Shown here piece by piece: positions 28,531 to 40,652 of a stretch of 64,000 nucleotides of DNA. Source of the DNA: Octopus vulgaris (Eukaryota); assembly GCA_951406725.2 (NCBI GenBank), contig OX597819.1:69874001-69938000 (forward strand), read 5' to 3'. The notes beneath the pieces are model-generated. The model did no database searches. It was not told the origin of the DNA and saw only the letters and a list, made by a program, of their open reading frames with translations. Both the position numbers and the translations under genes were made by a program. Within the stretch, counting starts at the first letter, position 1. Each line of letters begins with the position of its first letter.

Positions 28531-28764
28531 GAAATTCACTATCAAGCATAACAATTGTGTATTCTCATCATCGGCTGCCCAAACAGATATCCATATGGTT
28601 TCAACACTTGTGTAGTACCATTCAATTTTGCAGTCTCCACCAACATAAGAAATTCACTATCAAGCATAACAATTGTGTATTCTCATCATCGGCTGCCCGA
28701 ACAGGTATCACTATGGTTTCGACACTTGTGTAGTACCATTCAATTTTGCAGTGTCCACCAACAT
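28531..28764. repeat. Tandem dimer, period 118 bp, with hammerhead-like boxes on the minus strand
   Basis: gaaattcactatcaagcataac...ccaccaacat starts at 28531 and 28649. Confidence 0.9.
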
Positions 28765-29635
28765 GTTTAAGAGGTGACTGAAGTGTTTCTGAGCATTTAT
28801 TGCAAAGATCAGACTGTACATGGTGATAAGCGAAATTTCAACTTATAGTTTTCTTGATTACCACAATAAACAGATAGGTATATATTTCCGTTGAAAATAG
28901 TGGTAGGAGCAGTAGCTTTGGTGAAATTTAAATATAGCGTGTGATTATTAGTACTAAGTTTAATTTTATACTAAGGAGGTTTTTACCTGTCTGTAACAAG
29001 AGATTAGCCCAACAGAGTATTTCTGACCGTCTTCCTCATTACTCCACCGAATACAGGGTGGGTGGTGTTAAGAATTGCTTTAGTATATCACGCAACTCAG
29101 TGAAATGATTATTCTTTTTTTTTTTTTTGTTTATAACACATTAAACAGATTTCTTTAGAAGAAAAAGCGTCTTTGAGGAAGATTTCAATTTACCAAATTC
29201 ACTTTTACCGAAAAGAAAATTCGGTCGTAAAATATCCTAATTGTTAAAAAGAAATTTCCTTCCGAAGACACACGGGAATTTTACTGGAAAGATTATTTAG
29301 CAAAATCTGAAAATTACGGGAAAAAATGGAGGGCAGAGAATTTTCCTTTCTTTTGCTTAACAAGCAAAGCACAAAGAGAAGAGATTTGCCGAGAAAATAT
29401 CTGTGAAGATTTAAGTTGAAATAACTATACGCAGAATATAAACATATTATTCCCACTTGAAGAACTACTTACAGCCATATCGAATTAAACTTATTGTTGA
29501 AAATTGCTGGCTGTTACTGGCACATTTCGTTTGTTAAAAGAAAATTATGGGGACCAACGTAACATTTCCAATGAAAATAATTGGTTTTATAGCAGCGTTA
29601 GCATTGGGCATTGCTAATATTATACACAAATATCG

Positions 29636-29850
29636 GGTGGAGAGCTGGCAGAATCGTTATGATGCCGGGGGGGAAATGGTTAGCATTTTGTCTGGCTTTA
29701 CGTTTTCAGTTCTAATACCGCCGCGGTCGACATTAACGTTCATCATTTCGTGGTCGACAAATAAAGTACGAGTTGAGCCCTGGGATCAATATAATCGACT
29801 TAGCCCTTCTCCCGAACTTACTGGCCGTGTTCCAAAATTTGAAACCGACT
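29636..29850 (+). mobile_element. Degenerate SINE family B
   Basis: ggtggagagctggcagaatcgtta head and gtcgacaaataaagtacgagttgagccctggg core. Confidence 0.7.
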
Positions 29851-29891
29851 TTATATGCATGTATATGCACACAAATATATACACAAAAGAA

Positions 29892-29932
<41 letters not shown>

Positions 29933-30039
29933 CATATATATGTGTGTGTGTGTGTGTAGTGAGAGAGGGGAGGAAGGGGATTTTAATGTGCACAGTTAGA
30001 TGTATATCAAGATCAGTAAATATAATGACTTACTAATAG

Positions 30040-32500
30040 AAATTGAAAGTTTTAGCATCTAATTGTTGGTTGTTTCAAGGTATTTGGCTAGTCCGATTGT
30101 GGTGGTTATGTACGTAAGTTCAAGCTGGATCAAGCCTCGAGCTCCCTGAGCTCTGGGTAGGTAAAGACAATCCACGTCTGCCTTTGGATGTTGCATCTTA
30201 TTTCAAGTCAGTAGCTTGCGGATTTTTCTATCAATTTTCATTATTTCACTGGTATTCCAGTTAAGCACATTGAAGCTATAAAGAACAACTGGGACTGCTA
30301 AGGAATTTATGGCTAACACCTTATTATATGCATTCAGCTCAGACTTCATGACTGCTCGAACTCTTCTATAACATTCTTTCTTAACCTTCTCTTTCATGCT
30401 TGCAAGCTGGATTCCAGAGCCTTCATTTATTCCTAGGTATTTATAGGTTTGTTCCTGCTCAAGTTCCTTTATTACTGTTTCGACATCTATTTATTACTGT
30501 TTCGACTTTACCAATTTCCCTTTCTTAAAAGTGGCTTTGGCACACTTTTCAAGGCCAAACTCCATCCCGATATCATCACTGAATCCTTTCATAATATGTA
30601 GTTGTCCTTCAAACTCTTCATCATCTTAGCCATATAGTTTTAAATCATCCATATAAAATAGATGGCTTATTTTCCTGTTGTCAATTTTGTAGCCATACCC
30701 TGTTCTATTCAGTTCACTCGAGAATGGTATTAGTGCTATGCAGAAAATTAGTGGTCAAAGTGAGTCACCTTGGAAAATGCCAGAGTTTATGCTAATATTG
30801 TCTGAGCGCAATACTCCATTAGAATGGTATCATTGGAGCTTCGTGTTCATTGTGACATGTAATTTAAAAAAGCTGAAATCACAGAAGAAATTTTGAAAAT
30901 GTCCAGCGATTTCAGAATCCATGAATATGGTATGCTATCAATGGCTTTTTTATAATCAATCCATGAAGAGCTGAGATTTCTGCGCTTGTTATGGTAGTTC
31001 TCAATGATCATGCGATTAATTAGGAGCTGATCTTTGCATCCGTATCAGCCTCTCTTCCATAAACGTATGTTTTCTCCACTAGAATAGATGTCAAACTCTT
31101 ATAGGTAGTAGACAAACATGTTATAGGCCGGTAGTTTTTTGGGTTTTTGGTTTTGTTGTTTGCGGGGAGGAGGTAAGTAATACCATTTGCCATCCAATGG
31201 GGAGTTTTTTCCACGTTTTTCATAATATTATTAAATAGTACTACTAACATTTTGTGTGAGAACGAGAGTGATGAGAGCCAGAAATTTGGTACTCTATCAA
31301 TACCAGGGGATTTCCACTTATGAGCCTTCGTTAGTGCCCTCCTTAGGTCGGCGATTAAGATGTCTTCCCATACCTCTTCTTGTAGCTTTTTGTAGGCACC
31401 TTGGGTGCGTTTGACCCAGTCTGCATTTTCATTGTATGGTTTCTCATCACTCCAGATCTCTTTCCAAAAGTTTTCAACTTCTTTCATTAGGAATGGATTT
31501 TCAATGGTTATTTTTTCTTTCCCTATTTCCCTGTAAAATGATTTGGTATTGGATTTGAACATCTTATTTTGCTTGTAGTATTTGATTCTTTTCTCAAATC
31601 TGCGTATTTTCTGGACTTTTGCTTGAACATTTTTGTTAAAGTGTTTCTTTCGCTGAGATTAATTCTTCTCTTGTTGAGAGTCCATATATTCTCACAATAT
31701 TCCTGCCTTTTCTTGATCTTACACCGTTTCCAGAGATTAGCTCAGTTAATATTGATACCTCCTTTCGCAATGATTCAATCTCAGTTTCAATTCTACTCCT
31801 CCAGTTTGGTTTTCCTTTCGAATTTGGTATTGTTGTCTTTTTAGGCATTAAACAGCGTCTTTCGGTTACCTTAGCAACAGAGTAAATAATTTCAGTTAAC
31901 GTATTAAGGTCGGGTTTTAGTTGTTGGATGATTTCTTGTGTAACGCAGTTGCCAATTTTTATTTGTGTTTTATGTTGGTGTGCATTTGAGAGTTTATGGA
32001 GTGGTTCCCTATCATACCAATTTGTATGCCCTACAACTGCAAGCTCATTCAGAACTTCCTGCTTCATTTCAATGATAGATTTTCTGTGTTGTTCAGCAAA
32101 TATTTGGTCTTCAAATTCTGTCTGGTATTTCTAAAGATATATTTCTTCTAACATTTGCGAATCTGTTTTCATCCAGGTTTGGTCTGCTAGCTGAATTCCG
32201 GCTCCTCTAAATTCTGAAGGAGTTTGTGGTATGTTTCTCTTGGGTTGGCCTACTTAATGCAAAGTAATATGCGTACATTACTTCTTTATATTCTTCCCGG
32301 CTCCATTTAGTTCTTTTACATTTTTGATTTTGTGGTTGTTGTGGTGGTGAACTTTGGGGGCTTAATTTGGGACAAATCCCGTTTACATGACATTCCAGGT
32401 TCGTATTCGGGGAAGATTTTCTGCCATTAGAAAATTTTTTGCCGTCAGGCTGACAGCCTCCTGACGGGCACGCTTCCAGAATAACCATTGGACAAGCGAT
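30040..32500 (-). mobile_element. R4/Dong-clade non-LTR retrotransposon, N-terminus plus RT, frameshifted and 3'-truncated
   Basis: RTKWSREEYKEVM, WKSPGIDRVPNFWL, NYRPITCLSTTYK, WIDYKKAIDSIP, GIFQGDSL, SHLFYMDDLKLY, GMEFGLEKCA, YKYLG, HPKADVDCLYLPR; 5' side is adjacent to (TAA)n at about 32620-32665. Confidence 0.9.
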
Positions 32501-32625
32501 TCGGTGTATTGTTTGAAATTTTCTTTTCTTTTTAAGTAAAGTTAAATTATTATTACATTTTCATTTTTTAGAAATATTTTAAATTAGTTTACTTATTTTT
32601 TATTTTATTAATTTTATTATTTTAC

Positions 32626-32662
<37 letters not shown>

Positions 32663-32751
32663 TATATATATATATATGTATAATTTATATTATTATTTAA
32701 CTGAACGCCACGCATCCATTTCCAAGTATGTATATATATATATATATATAT

Positions 32752-33290
32752 ATAACATAAGGGACTAAAGCCATCTGAATATGGCTAGGGACAGGGCAGG
32801 GTGGTGGGGGTGTTACTGTTGCATTTAGCCCCACCACCCTGCCCTGTCCCTAGCCATATTCAGATGGCTTTAGTCCCTTATGTTATCGAGCAGTTACTGT
32901 CTATATCCCTTTTAGAGAATTATTATTGCTTTCGAACAGATTTTCGAAATCAGCAAATGTATTTTGCTTGAAAATCTATATAAGAAAATCCTGCAGAGTG
33001 AGAATTCGTCGAGGAAGCGGAGGCCTACCACACGCCGATGATAGGCAATACACCTTGAAACCATGGTCCGTGTGTGGTTTCCGCTTCATCGGGGAATTAC
33101 CTCCCTTTGCAGGTTTAGGGCACCGTGACGGTGTCGAGCCTTTCTGGTGACGTCGATGTTCGCCTGGGGCTAAATGCAACAGTAACACCCCCACCACCCT
33201 GCCCTGTCCCTAGCCATATTCAGATGGCTTTAGTCCCTTATGTTATCGAGCAGTTACTGTCTATATCCCTTTTAGAGAATTATTATTGCT
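32752..33290 (+). mobile_element. Retrozyme/Penelope-pLTR-like module: 360-bp unit with exact direct repeat and fold-back inverted repeat
   Basis: 32829-32930 equals 33189-33290; 32752-32832 is the reverse complement of 33166-33246; inserted in (TA)n; contains a hammerhead. Confidence 0.8.
33014..33087 (+). ncRNA. Type I hammerhead ribozyme with variant core
   Basis: Stem I cacacg/cgtgtg extended by gaagcggaggcc/ggtttccgcttc; core CCGATGA at 33035-33041; stem II agg/cct; GAAA at 33057-33060; palindromic stem III ACCATGGT; GUC site at 33066-33068. Confidence 0.75.
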
Positions 33291-33308
33291 ATATATATAT
33301 ATATATAT

Positions 33309-33506
33309 ATAAATGAAAGAAAGGAGTCGAACGAAGATGTTAACAAAATTCCTTTACTCTCGACACATGTTTCGAAGACAGCATATTTTCATTCCGAAGG
33401 AATAAAGGGTTCATTCCTTCGGAATGAAATATGCTGTCTTCGAAACATGTGTCAAGAGTAAAGGAATTTTGTTAACATCTTCGTTCGACTCCTTTCTTTC
33501 ATTTAT
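33309..33506. repeat. Near-perfect inverted repeat (arms about 95 bp, 9-nt spacer), Penelope-style fold-back
   Basis: ataaatgaaagaaaggagtcgaacg...ggaat / attcc...cgttcgactcctttctttcatttat; each arm carries the hammerhead 3' half cGAAACatgtGTC. Confidence 0.9.
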
Positions 33507-33659
33507 TCATATACAACACATAAATTTCTACACTGAACCCGGAGTTTCTACCCTTGACAGGTCGCTTCAACCGTGTTTTCTGACGTGAATTTGCTACCCA
33601 GGTTTCGGTTAAACGAATTTTCCATGCTGACTATAAACATAGGATAATTCATTCACCTA

Positions 33660-33734
<75 letters not shown>

Positions 33735-34967
33735 TGATAGTAATGGTAAGACAACAAAAGAATGAAAGAGACCTCGACATAATGTAAATAGAGGAATTTA
33801 TCTGTAAATATATGTGACAATTATTAGGTAGCCATGATAATATATGACGGTTCGTTTGGTTGTAGGGGCAACAAAAATGTACTCAATCGAACGAGAGATA
33901 AGTATTATTTAATAAAGAGAAAAGAAATTACTTATTAAATAGTAAAATAGTCCCAGTGATGAGGAGCCTGGATATCTGATAAAGGTAAATATCACTATTA
34001 TTCCCTGTTTTCTTTCTTTTTTTAAATGATTTTTTCCATAAATATCCTCATATAATAATAACCGTTATAAATGGTGGTTGGTTGAGACAAAGAAAGGCAG
34101 CGAGAGTTAACATACGAAGTGCAAGAAGAGTGCACATAGGATCGGTGGTGGGCAATAAGTAGAAGAACGCTGTACACACACAGTGAGAGAGAAATAATCA
34201 TAGACAGACAGAGGAGGAGGAGGAGGAGGGAGTGAAATGACAGAATAACTATGGGAGAGGAGTTATGCAAAGAGAAAAAAATTGTCTTTTTTTATTTTTA
34301 TTTTAAAGAAATTTTTTTTTTTTTTGAAAATTAGTAGTCATTTGATCATTTTGTATAAGCACCAAGAAGTTTGATAAAACTTAAATTATAATTATTGTAT
34401 GTCTGCTATATTTCCTGATACGACCCCTGTAATTTCAGGATATATGGCATAAATACAAGAATTATAATTTAAGTAAATATACATTTCCAAAAAAAAGTAT
34501 ACTTCCCAAAATTATACGTCACATGACTACTACCACTAGTATTCGTTTAAATTAGTTTTTCATTGTTTTATAAATAATTTTTATCCCTTAGTAAGTCTGA
34601 GCCTCAAGGGCATTGTTTGGGGATTCGATAAAGTTGTGAAGATGGCCCTACCATTACGAGGTTTTCGTGAACTCTTTGCCTGTTCCGTGTATCATGTGAT
34701 TCAGAGGACATGTTTGTCTTGCGTCCATGCATCATACATGATAAACAGTAACAATTTTTGTTTTCAATAACCAGATCAACTTGGGATATAGGAAAGGGAA
34801 TATTCATATTGCGCTCCCTTTCTGCGCTCGCAACGTTTCATCAACCACGAAGAGGTGGAAGTTTCGGTGAAGAACTAGTATCAGCGTCGGATCAGAAAAC
34901 TGGCAAAAACCTGGCTTCAGACGGTGCAACACGATGGCCTCTACTTTAAGGCAAATAAGTTACTAAA

Positions 34968-35572
34968 ATATTCTTTTCTGCTCTAGGCACAAGGCCCGAA
35001 ATTTTGGGGTAGGGAGTCAGTCGATTCGATCGACCCCAGTACGAAGCTGGTACTTAATTTACCGACGCCGAAAGGATGAAAGCAAAGTCGACCTCGGTGA
35101 AATTTGAACTCAGACCGTAAAGGCAAACGAAATACCGCAAAGTATTTCGCCCGCATGCTAACGCTTCTGCCAGCTCGACGCCTTTAAGTTACTAAAATAT
35201 TCTTTTCTATTCTAGGCACAAGGCCCGAAATTTGGGTGGGGGGCAGTCAATTAGATCGACTCCAGCACGCAACTTGTACTTAATCTATCAACCCCGAAAG
35301 GATGAAAGGCAAAGAACGTAAAGACAGACGAAATACCTATTTCTTTATTACCCACAAGGGGCTAAGCATAGAGGGGACAAACAAGGACAGACATAGTTAC
35401 TAAGTCGATTACATCGACTCCAGTGCGTAACTGGTACATATTTAATCAATCCCGAAAGGATGAAAGGCAAAGTCAACCTCGGCGGAATTTGAACTCAGAA
35501 TATAACGACAGACGAAATACGGCTACGCATTTCGCCCGGTGTGCTAACGTTTCTACCATATTGCCGCCTTTA
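34968..35572 (-). mobile_element. Two adjacent SINE family B elements, one of them multimeric
   Basis: Repeated gaaaggatgaaaggcaaagtc...gaactcag cores; flanking tttaag..ttactaaaatattctt duplicated at about 34958 and 35183. Confidence 0.85.
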
Positions 35573-36116
35573 AGTACTAAGATATTACAAAACTTTTGAC
35601 TCAATACAATGTTAGTGAGAACACGTGAAACATAGGGTAGCTGAAAGCCTGAAAACAACTGCGGATGTTTATGAGAAACTTATGAAAATGATTTGGATAA
35701 ACGAAGGGTTAATGAAGTCGGTGTCGATTTGACGGGAGGGGTGTCGGTTGTATAACGATGAAGCTGGACAATAGGAGGTGGCTAATAAGCAATGCTAACG
35801 AATGTAAACGTGTGGGCGATTTTAGAGGTGATAGCATGTAGGTAGTTGTTCTATAGAAAAAAATGGAGAAAAGCGAACCCCGGGGCACCCAACGGTTACT
35901 TATTTTGTTCGTTCTTCGTCTTACTAATTCCTTCATTTCTCTTTTTTTTTTCATTATTTGATTACTTTAATTTACATACACATTTTTCGATGAGTTAAAC
36001 TCATTTAAAATCACAAAAGGCCATGAGAATATTGTCATTATCGACACGTTTCGACTCCCTGTACAGATATACATTCACACAAACACACACATATCAATAT
36101 ATAGACACATACATAC

Positions 36117-36163
<47 letters not shown>

Positions 36164-36258
36164 TATATGTGTGTGTGTGTGTGTGTATGTATATGTATAT
36201 TGATAGATATATGTATACATATATACATTGCTACATATATATACATAGATACATAAGC

Positions 36259-36306
<48 letters not shown>

Positions 36307-36571
36307 ATACATATATATTCATATATTTATGGAGTTATAAATAGATAAATTGGTAGATAGATATATAAATGTATGTGTATAAGAATTTATTCATAAATTT
36401 CTATCTATGGGTAATATTACGTATATCTGTTGTATTATACATACAGATATACACATATATATGTATATACGTATATATAAATTGATTTCCTTTCATATAT
36501 ATATGTATTATATATATATGCATATACATATACATATACATATACAGATATATGTGAGTATTAGCATATGC

Positions 36572-36636
<65 letters not shown>

Positions 36637-37323
36637 TACGTGTACACACATACACATACACACATGCGCGCACACACACGCGCATACAGTCATTATTGTG
36701 TAGAACATTTGTTAGCTGGTTAGTTTGTTTGTTTGTTCGCTACTTAAATTTTAATGTTTTTTTCATGTTCTTCTTCTTCAGAAATATATTCAATGAATAG
36801 AAAGAAATTTTCGTTTGCCGCATTACAATATTTTTAAATTATAAAATTTTTGCAGCCAGAATTTATATTCTGACTGTAAAACAATGTTGATTTTTTGATA
36901 TTTTTTCGAATTATTTTGTGATGATGTTTTTGGCTATATACGTCTGCATGTATGGAAGCCATTGGTGAGTGTGTCGTTATTTGTCCATGTTTGTGTGTGT
37001 ATCTTCTTGTGTCTTGTGTTGTATTATGTTGTGTTGCGGTTTTAATATTTCTTTCGTCGATTTCCCATCACGTATAATATAACAATTCTTGAACTATGAA
37101 AAGTAGATATATACACATAAAAGGAACGTATAAGCAAAAAAATACTTTCTGCGAAGTGATGTTTTCATATGTGTGTGTGGCTGCCTGTTTTGTTTGTATG
37201 TGTGTGAAGTAATATGAAGTATTTTTATGAATCTGCATCCATATTTATTTATGTATATGTATATATACATTTGTAGTCATATGCTTGTGTGTGTGGGTGT
37301 GTGTATACATGCATATGTATGCC

Positions 37324-37414
<91 letters not shown>

Positions 37415-37768
37415 GCATGAATACAGACATAATTTTACTCACATAAATACACACACACATATAGATGCACATTCACACATACATGCATACATACAAACAT
37501 ATATACATACACACACATATACATACATACATACATACATACATACATACATACATACATACATACATACATACATACATACATACATACATACATACAT
37601 ACATACATACATACATACAAATAAACATGCGTACGTCCTGGAAAGTATGTGAGCCCATATACGAATATGAGTTTATGCGTTGTTAGATGTATGAAATGTA
37701 TATATTGTATAATGTACGTATACACAAACACGCTCACAGACACACACACATATGTATATATATATAAA

Positions 37769-37800
<32 letters not shown>

Positions 37801-37813
<13 letters not shown>

Positions 37814-37850
37814 AATTTACATATTCACATGAGCACATATATATACATGA

Positions 37851-37894
<44 letters not shown>

Positions 37895-37946
37895 TCATGT
37901 ATATATATGTGCTCATGTGAATATGTAAATTTATGTGTATATATAT
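37801..37946. repeat. Perfect palindrome centred on (TA)n
   Basis: cacataaatttacatattcacatgagcacatatatatacatgagc (TA)n gctcatgtatatatatgtgctcatgtgaatatgtaaatttatgtg. Confidence 0.9.
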
Positions 37947-38018
37947 TTGTATTCACATAAAATAACGTATGGAATTTGTTTGTACCTATATATGGATGTG
38001 ATACATTTAAATAATGTG

Positions 38019-38082
<64 letters not shown>

Positions 38083-38586
38083 GGGAGGGAGGAGATAGAG
38101 ATGCATTATATATATTTGTGTATATATATGTAATGTATAGCTATGTATGTATATATGTATGTATAGATAATTTAGCATGCAAGGATTAAACGAATACTTC
38201 CTTAAATATTCCACCAATCCAATAATAAATTAACTCTTCTGTCATTCAGTTCCTTCTGTGACAGATTTTCTCAACAGGGTGGACATTGCAAGATTCGATC
38301 AATTTAATTCTTCAGAAACATCCACAAACATGATTTCTGCACAGATTATCTTCGGATTCCTTCGATCCAGTTTTCTACTTTTCACTCTAGTTGCCCCCAC
38401 TGGTGATTTAGCATCATTTGTAACGTTAAATTCATTATTTGAAAAGATTGCGATATATCCATGTATTAACAACGTTGAACGAATCAATCAGTTGATTCGC
38501 CAAAATGCTTTGATGGGCTCGAACGTCAATATGCTGGTTGCTGCCGGGTTTCTTTCATCATCGGAAAACATTTCCTCCCTTTCGCC

Positions 38587-38842
38587 TAGTGGTTTCTCAA
38601 CCGGGTTCTTTATGGCCCATGGGGGGTCTATATAAGATTTTCTTGTTAAAATTTATCTGCAAAAAATCGGTTATAATTCTACAAAACACAAAATATTTTA
38701 GCAATATTTTATACAGTTTTTAATAACATTTAATTTTAAAAAATGTAATAATAGGATGTTTTAAACATGGAATGGTTAGCATGGTCCATCTGAGCAAAAG
38801 AGGGAACAAAGGGGTCAACAGGAAAAATGGTTTAGAAACAAT
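38587..38842. mobile_element. hAT MITE, same family as 25226-25808
   Basis: TIRs tagtggtttctcaacc / ggtttagaaacaatg; imperfect 8-bp TSD ctttcgcc / ctttagac. Confidence 0.7.
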
Positions 38843-39929
38843 GCTTTAGACGCGATTCATTGATGTAGGGTGGGGACGTTGAGACAACGCAGTGTTTCGA
38901 CCTTATGGTGTCTTTTCTGTCAAAGTTATCCCCAGATCAATGATCTAACGAGAGTACTGACTCTTCTTTATAAAAACATAAAGCAAATTATTTGCTGATG
39001 TGTTCAGATTCCTGCCTAAAAGCACAGTACAATCCAAACTACAATGTTTTCTATTCACTCGCGATACGTGCTGACAGATTCGAACGTGAATATACTTATC
39101 GTTGTTTTTCTTCATCGGAGAACATCTCCTCATTTGTAATGATGTGTGTCCATAACATATGCGATTCATTAACGCAATGGGTCTTTCGACCTTATTGTAT
39201 ATCTCCTCTGTCAAAACTAGCTTTTAATGTACAAAAATCGTTCGAACCATTATTGCAAATAAATTGCTCCTTCTCTTTACATCACTGTTTAATTGCAATC
39301 CATGACCAACTTACACTTCAACTTATTTCTGAAATATTTCAGCTTGATTTTGTTTTTGTTTGTTGCGGGGGGGGGAGGCTCGGTGGGAATGGTAAGGAAA
39401 TGAACTCACAATATATTTTTAACTATGCTGTAAGTGTCTAAAATTTTTCCAGTAACTGAGTCTTCTACAATAGGAGCTATTCCGTGAAATTCAAATTCCT
39501 GCTGGTTGAAATAATTAAAAACCATCTTCGTAACAGTAAAATTTACATATTGGTTATCAGATTGAATTCAGAATTTCTTCTTTCTAAATTTTCAGTATTT
39601 TTACATGAAATAAACTTCCATAAATCCTAATAATTCAAAAACTTTCAAAATTTACCAAATGAGTGTGGTTGCGTTGAAGAACCTGTGTCACTGGTCGGCA
39701 AGATTGCTTCGCTGAGCTGGTGCATTTGCAGAACGCAAGCATTTATATTGACTGTATCGTTGTTTTCAAGCATTTAGTAGTAGATTAACCCTTTCCAGTG
39801 CCATCAAATGCAGATCATTGTCTTGCGTGAATGCAGCTATGGCTTCGATCGAGGTGTCATTTGCTTGTCGGAACTCAACCATTTCTCAGCTCCATATTGA
39901 CGTAAATATATCATTTTTCCATCATCGGA

Positions 39930-40188
39930 GGCGATGCGGTAAAGAAATCTGCTTATGTCTGCTAGAAGAGCGCTGGGGTTTGTCTCTTTCGCGCAAAGCG
40001 GGTGCTCCCAGCCCCTGTCCCCATCACCATTTGACAGATGATGTTGGTTTGTCGCCAGAACTTTGTGATTCAGGAAAAGAGGCTTTAAGATAAAGTACTG
40101 GGGTCGATTCTTTTGACTAAAAATTCTTCAAAGCGATGCTCTAATATGGCTGTAGTCTAATGACTGAAACAAGTAAAAGATAAAAATC
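39930..40188 (+). mobile_element. Degenerate SINE family A
   Basis: Tail actggggtcgattc...atggctgtagtctaatgactgaaacaagtaaaagataaaa. Confidence 0.7.
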
Positions 40189-40312
40189 ATGCATATATCC
40201 ATACATGCATAGTTTAGTTACGAGCAAAACATACGCATGCGGACATATCATTGTACATATAGGTGTATATAAGCAATATATATATATATAGATGTGTGCG
40301 TATGTGTGCATG

Positions 40313-40385
<73 letters not shown>

Positions 40386-40504
40386 AAGGATCTTGGGTAA
40401 GGCCAAAACAATGCGAAGTAAATGCAAGGTAAATCACAAGAAAAAGATATGTGCATTAATGTACACTTACCTAGAAGTTGACAATATACACATATATATA
40501 CATA

Positions 40505-40543
<39 letters not shown>

Positions 40544-40652
40544 GTCTGAATGTTCAAGAAAACAGGGGTGGAAGCTCATTGCATATATTTCTTTATTGCT
40601 TTACTTGTTTCATTCATTTGACCGCGGCCATGCTTGATCACTGTCTACATAT

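Noticed and set aside
32440-32470. Hairpin gccgtcagg/cctgacggg near the R4/Dong 5' end as a possible HDV-like ribozyme
   Set aside because: Only one stem is evident; I could not assemble the nested double pseudoknot
34600-34950. Possible very old LINE endonuclease remnant
   Set aside because: Only faint motif resemblance (RSTW, SD); not enough to call
38880-38925. Minus-strand CAGAAAA-gac/gtc-GAAAC hammerhead-like motif
   Set aside because: Core reads CAGA in both duplicate copies and stem I is absent
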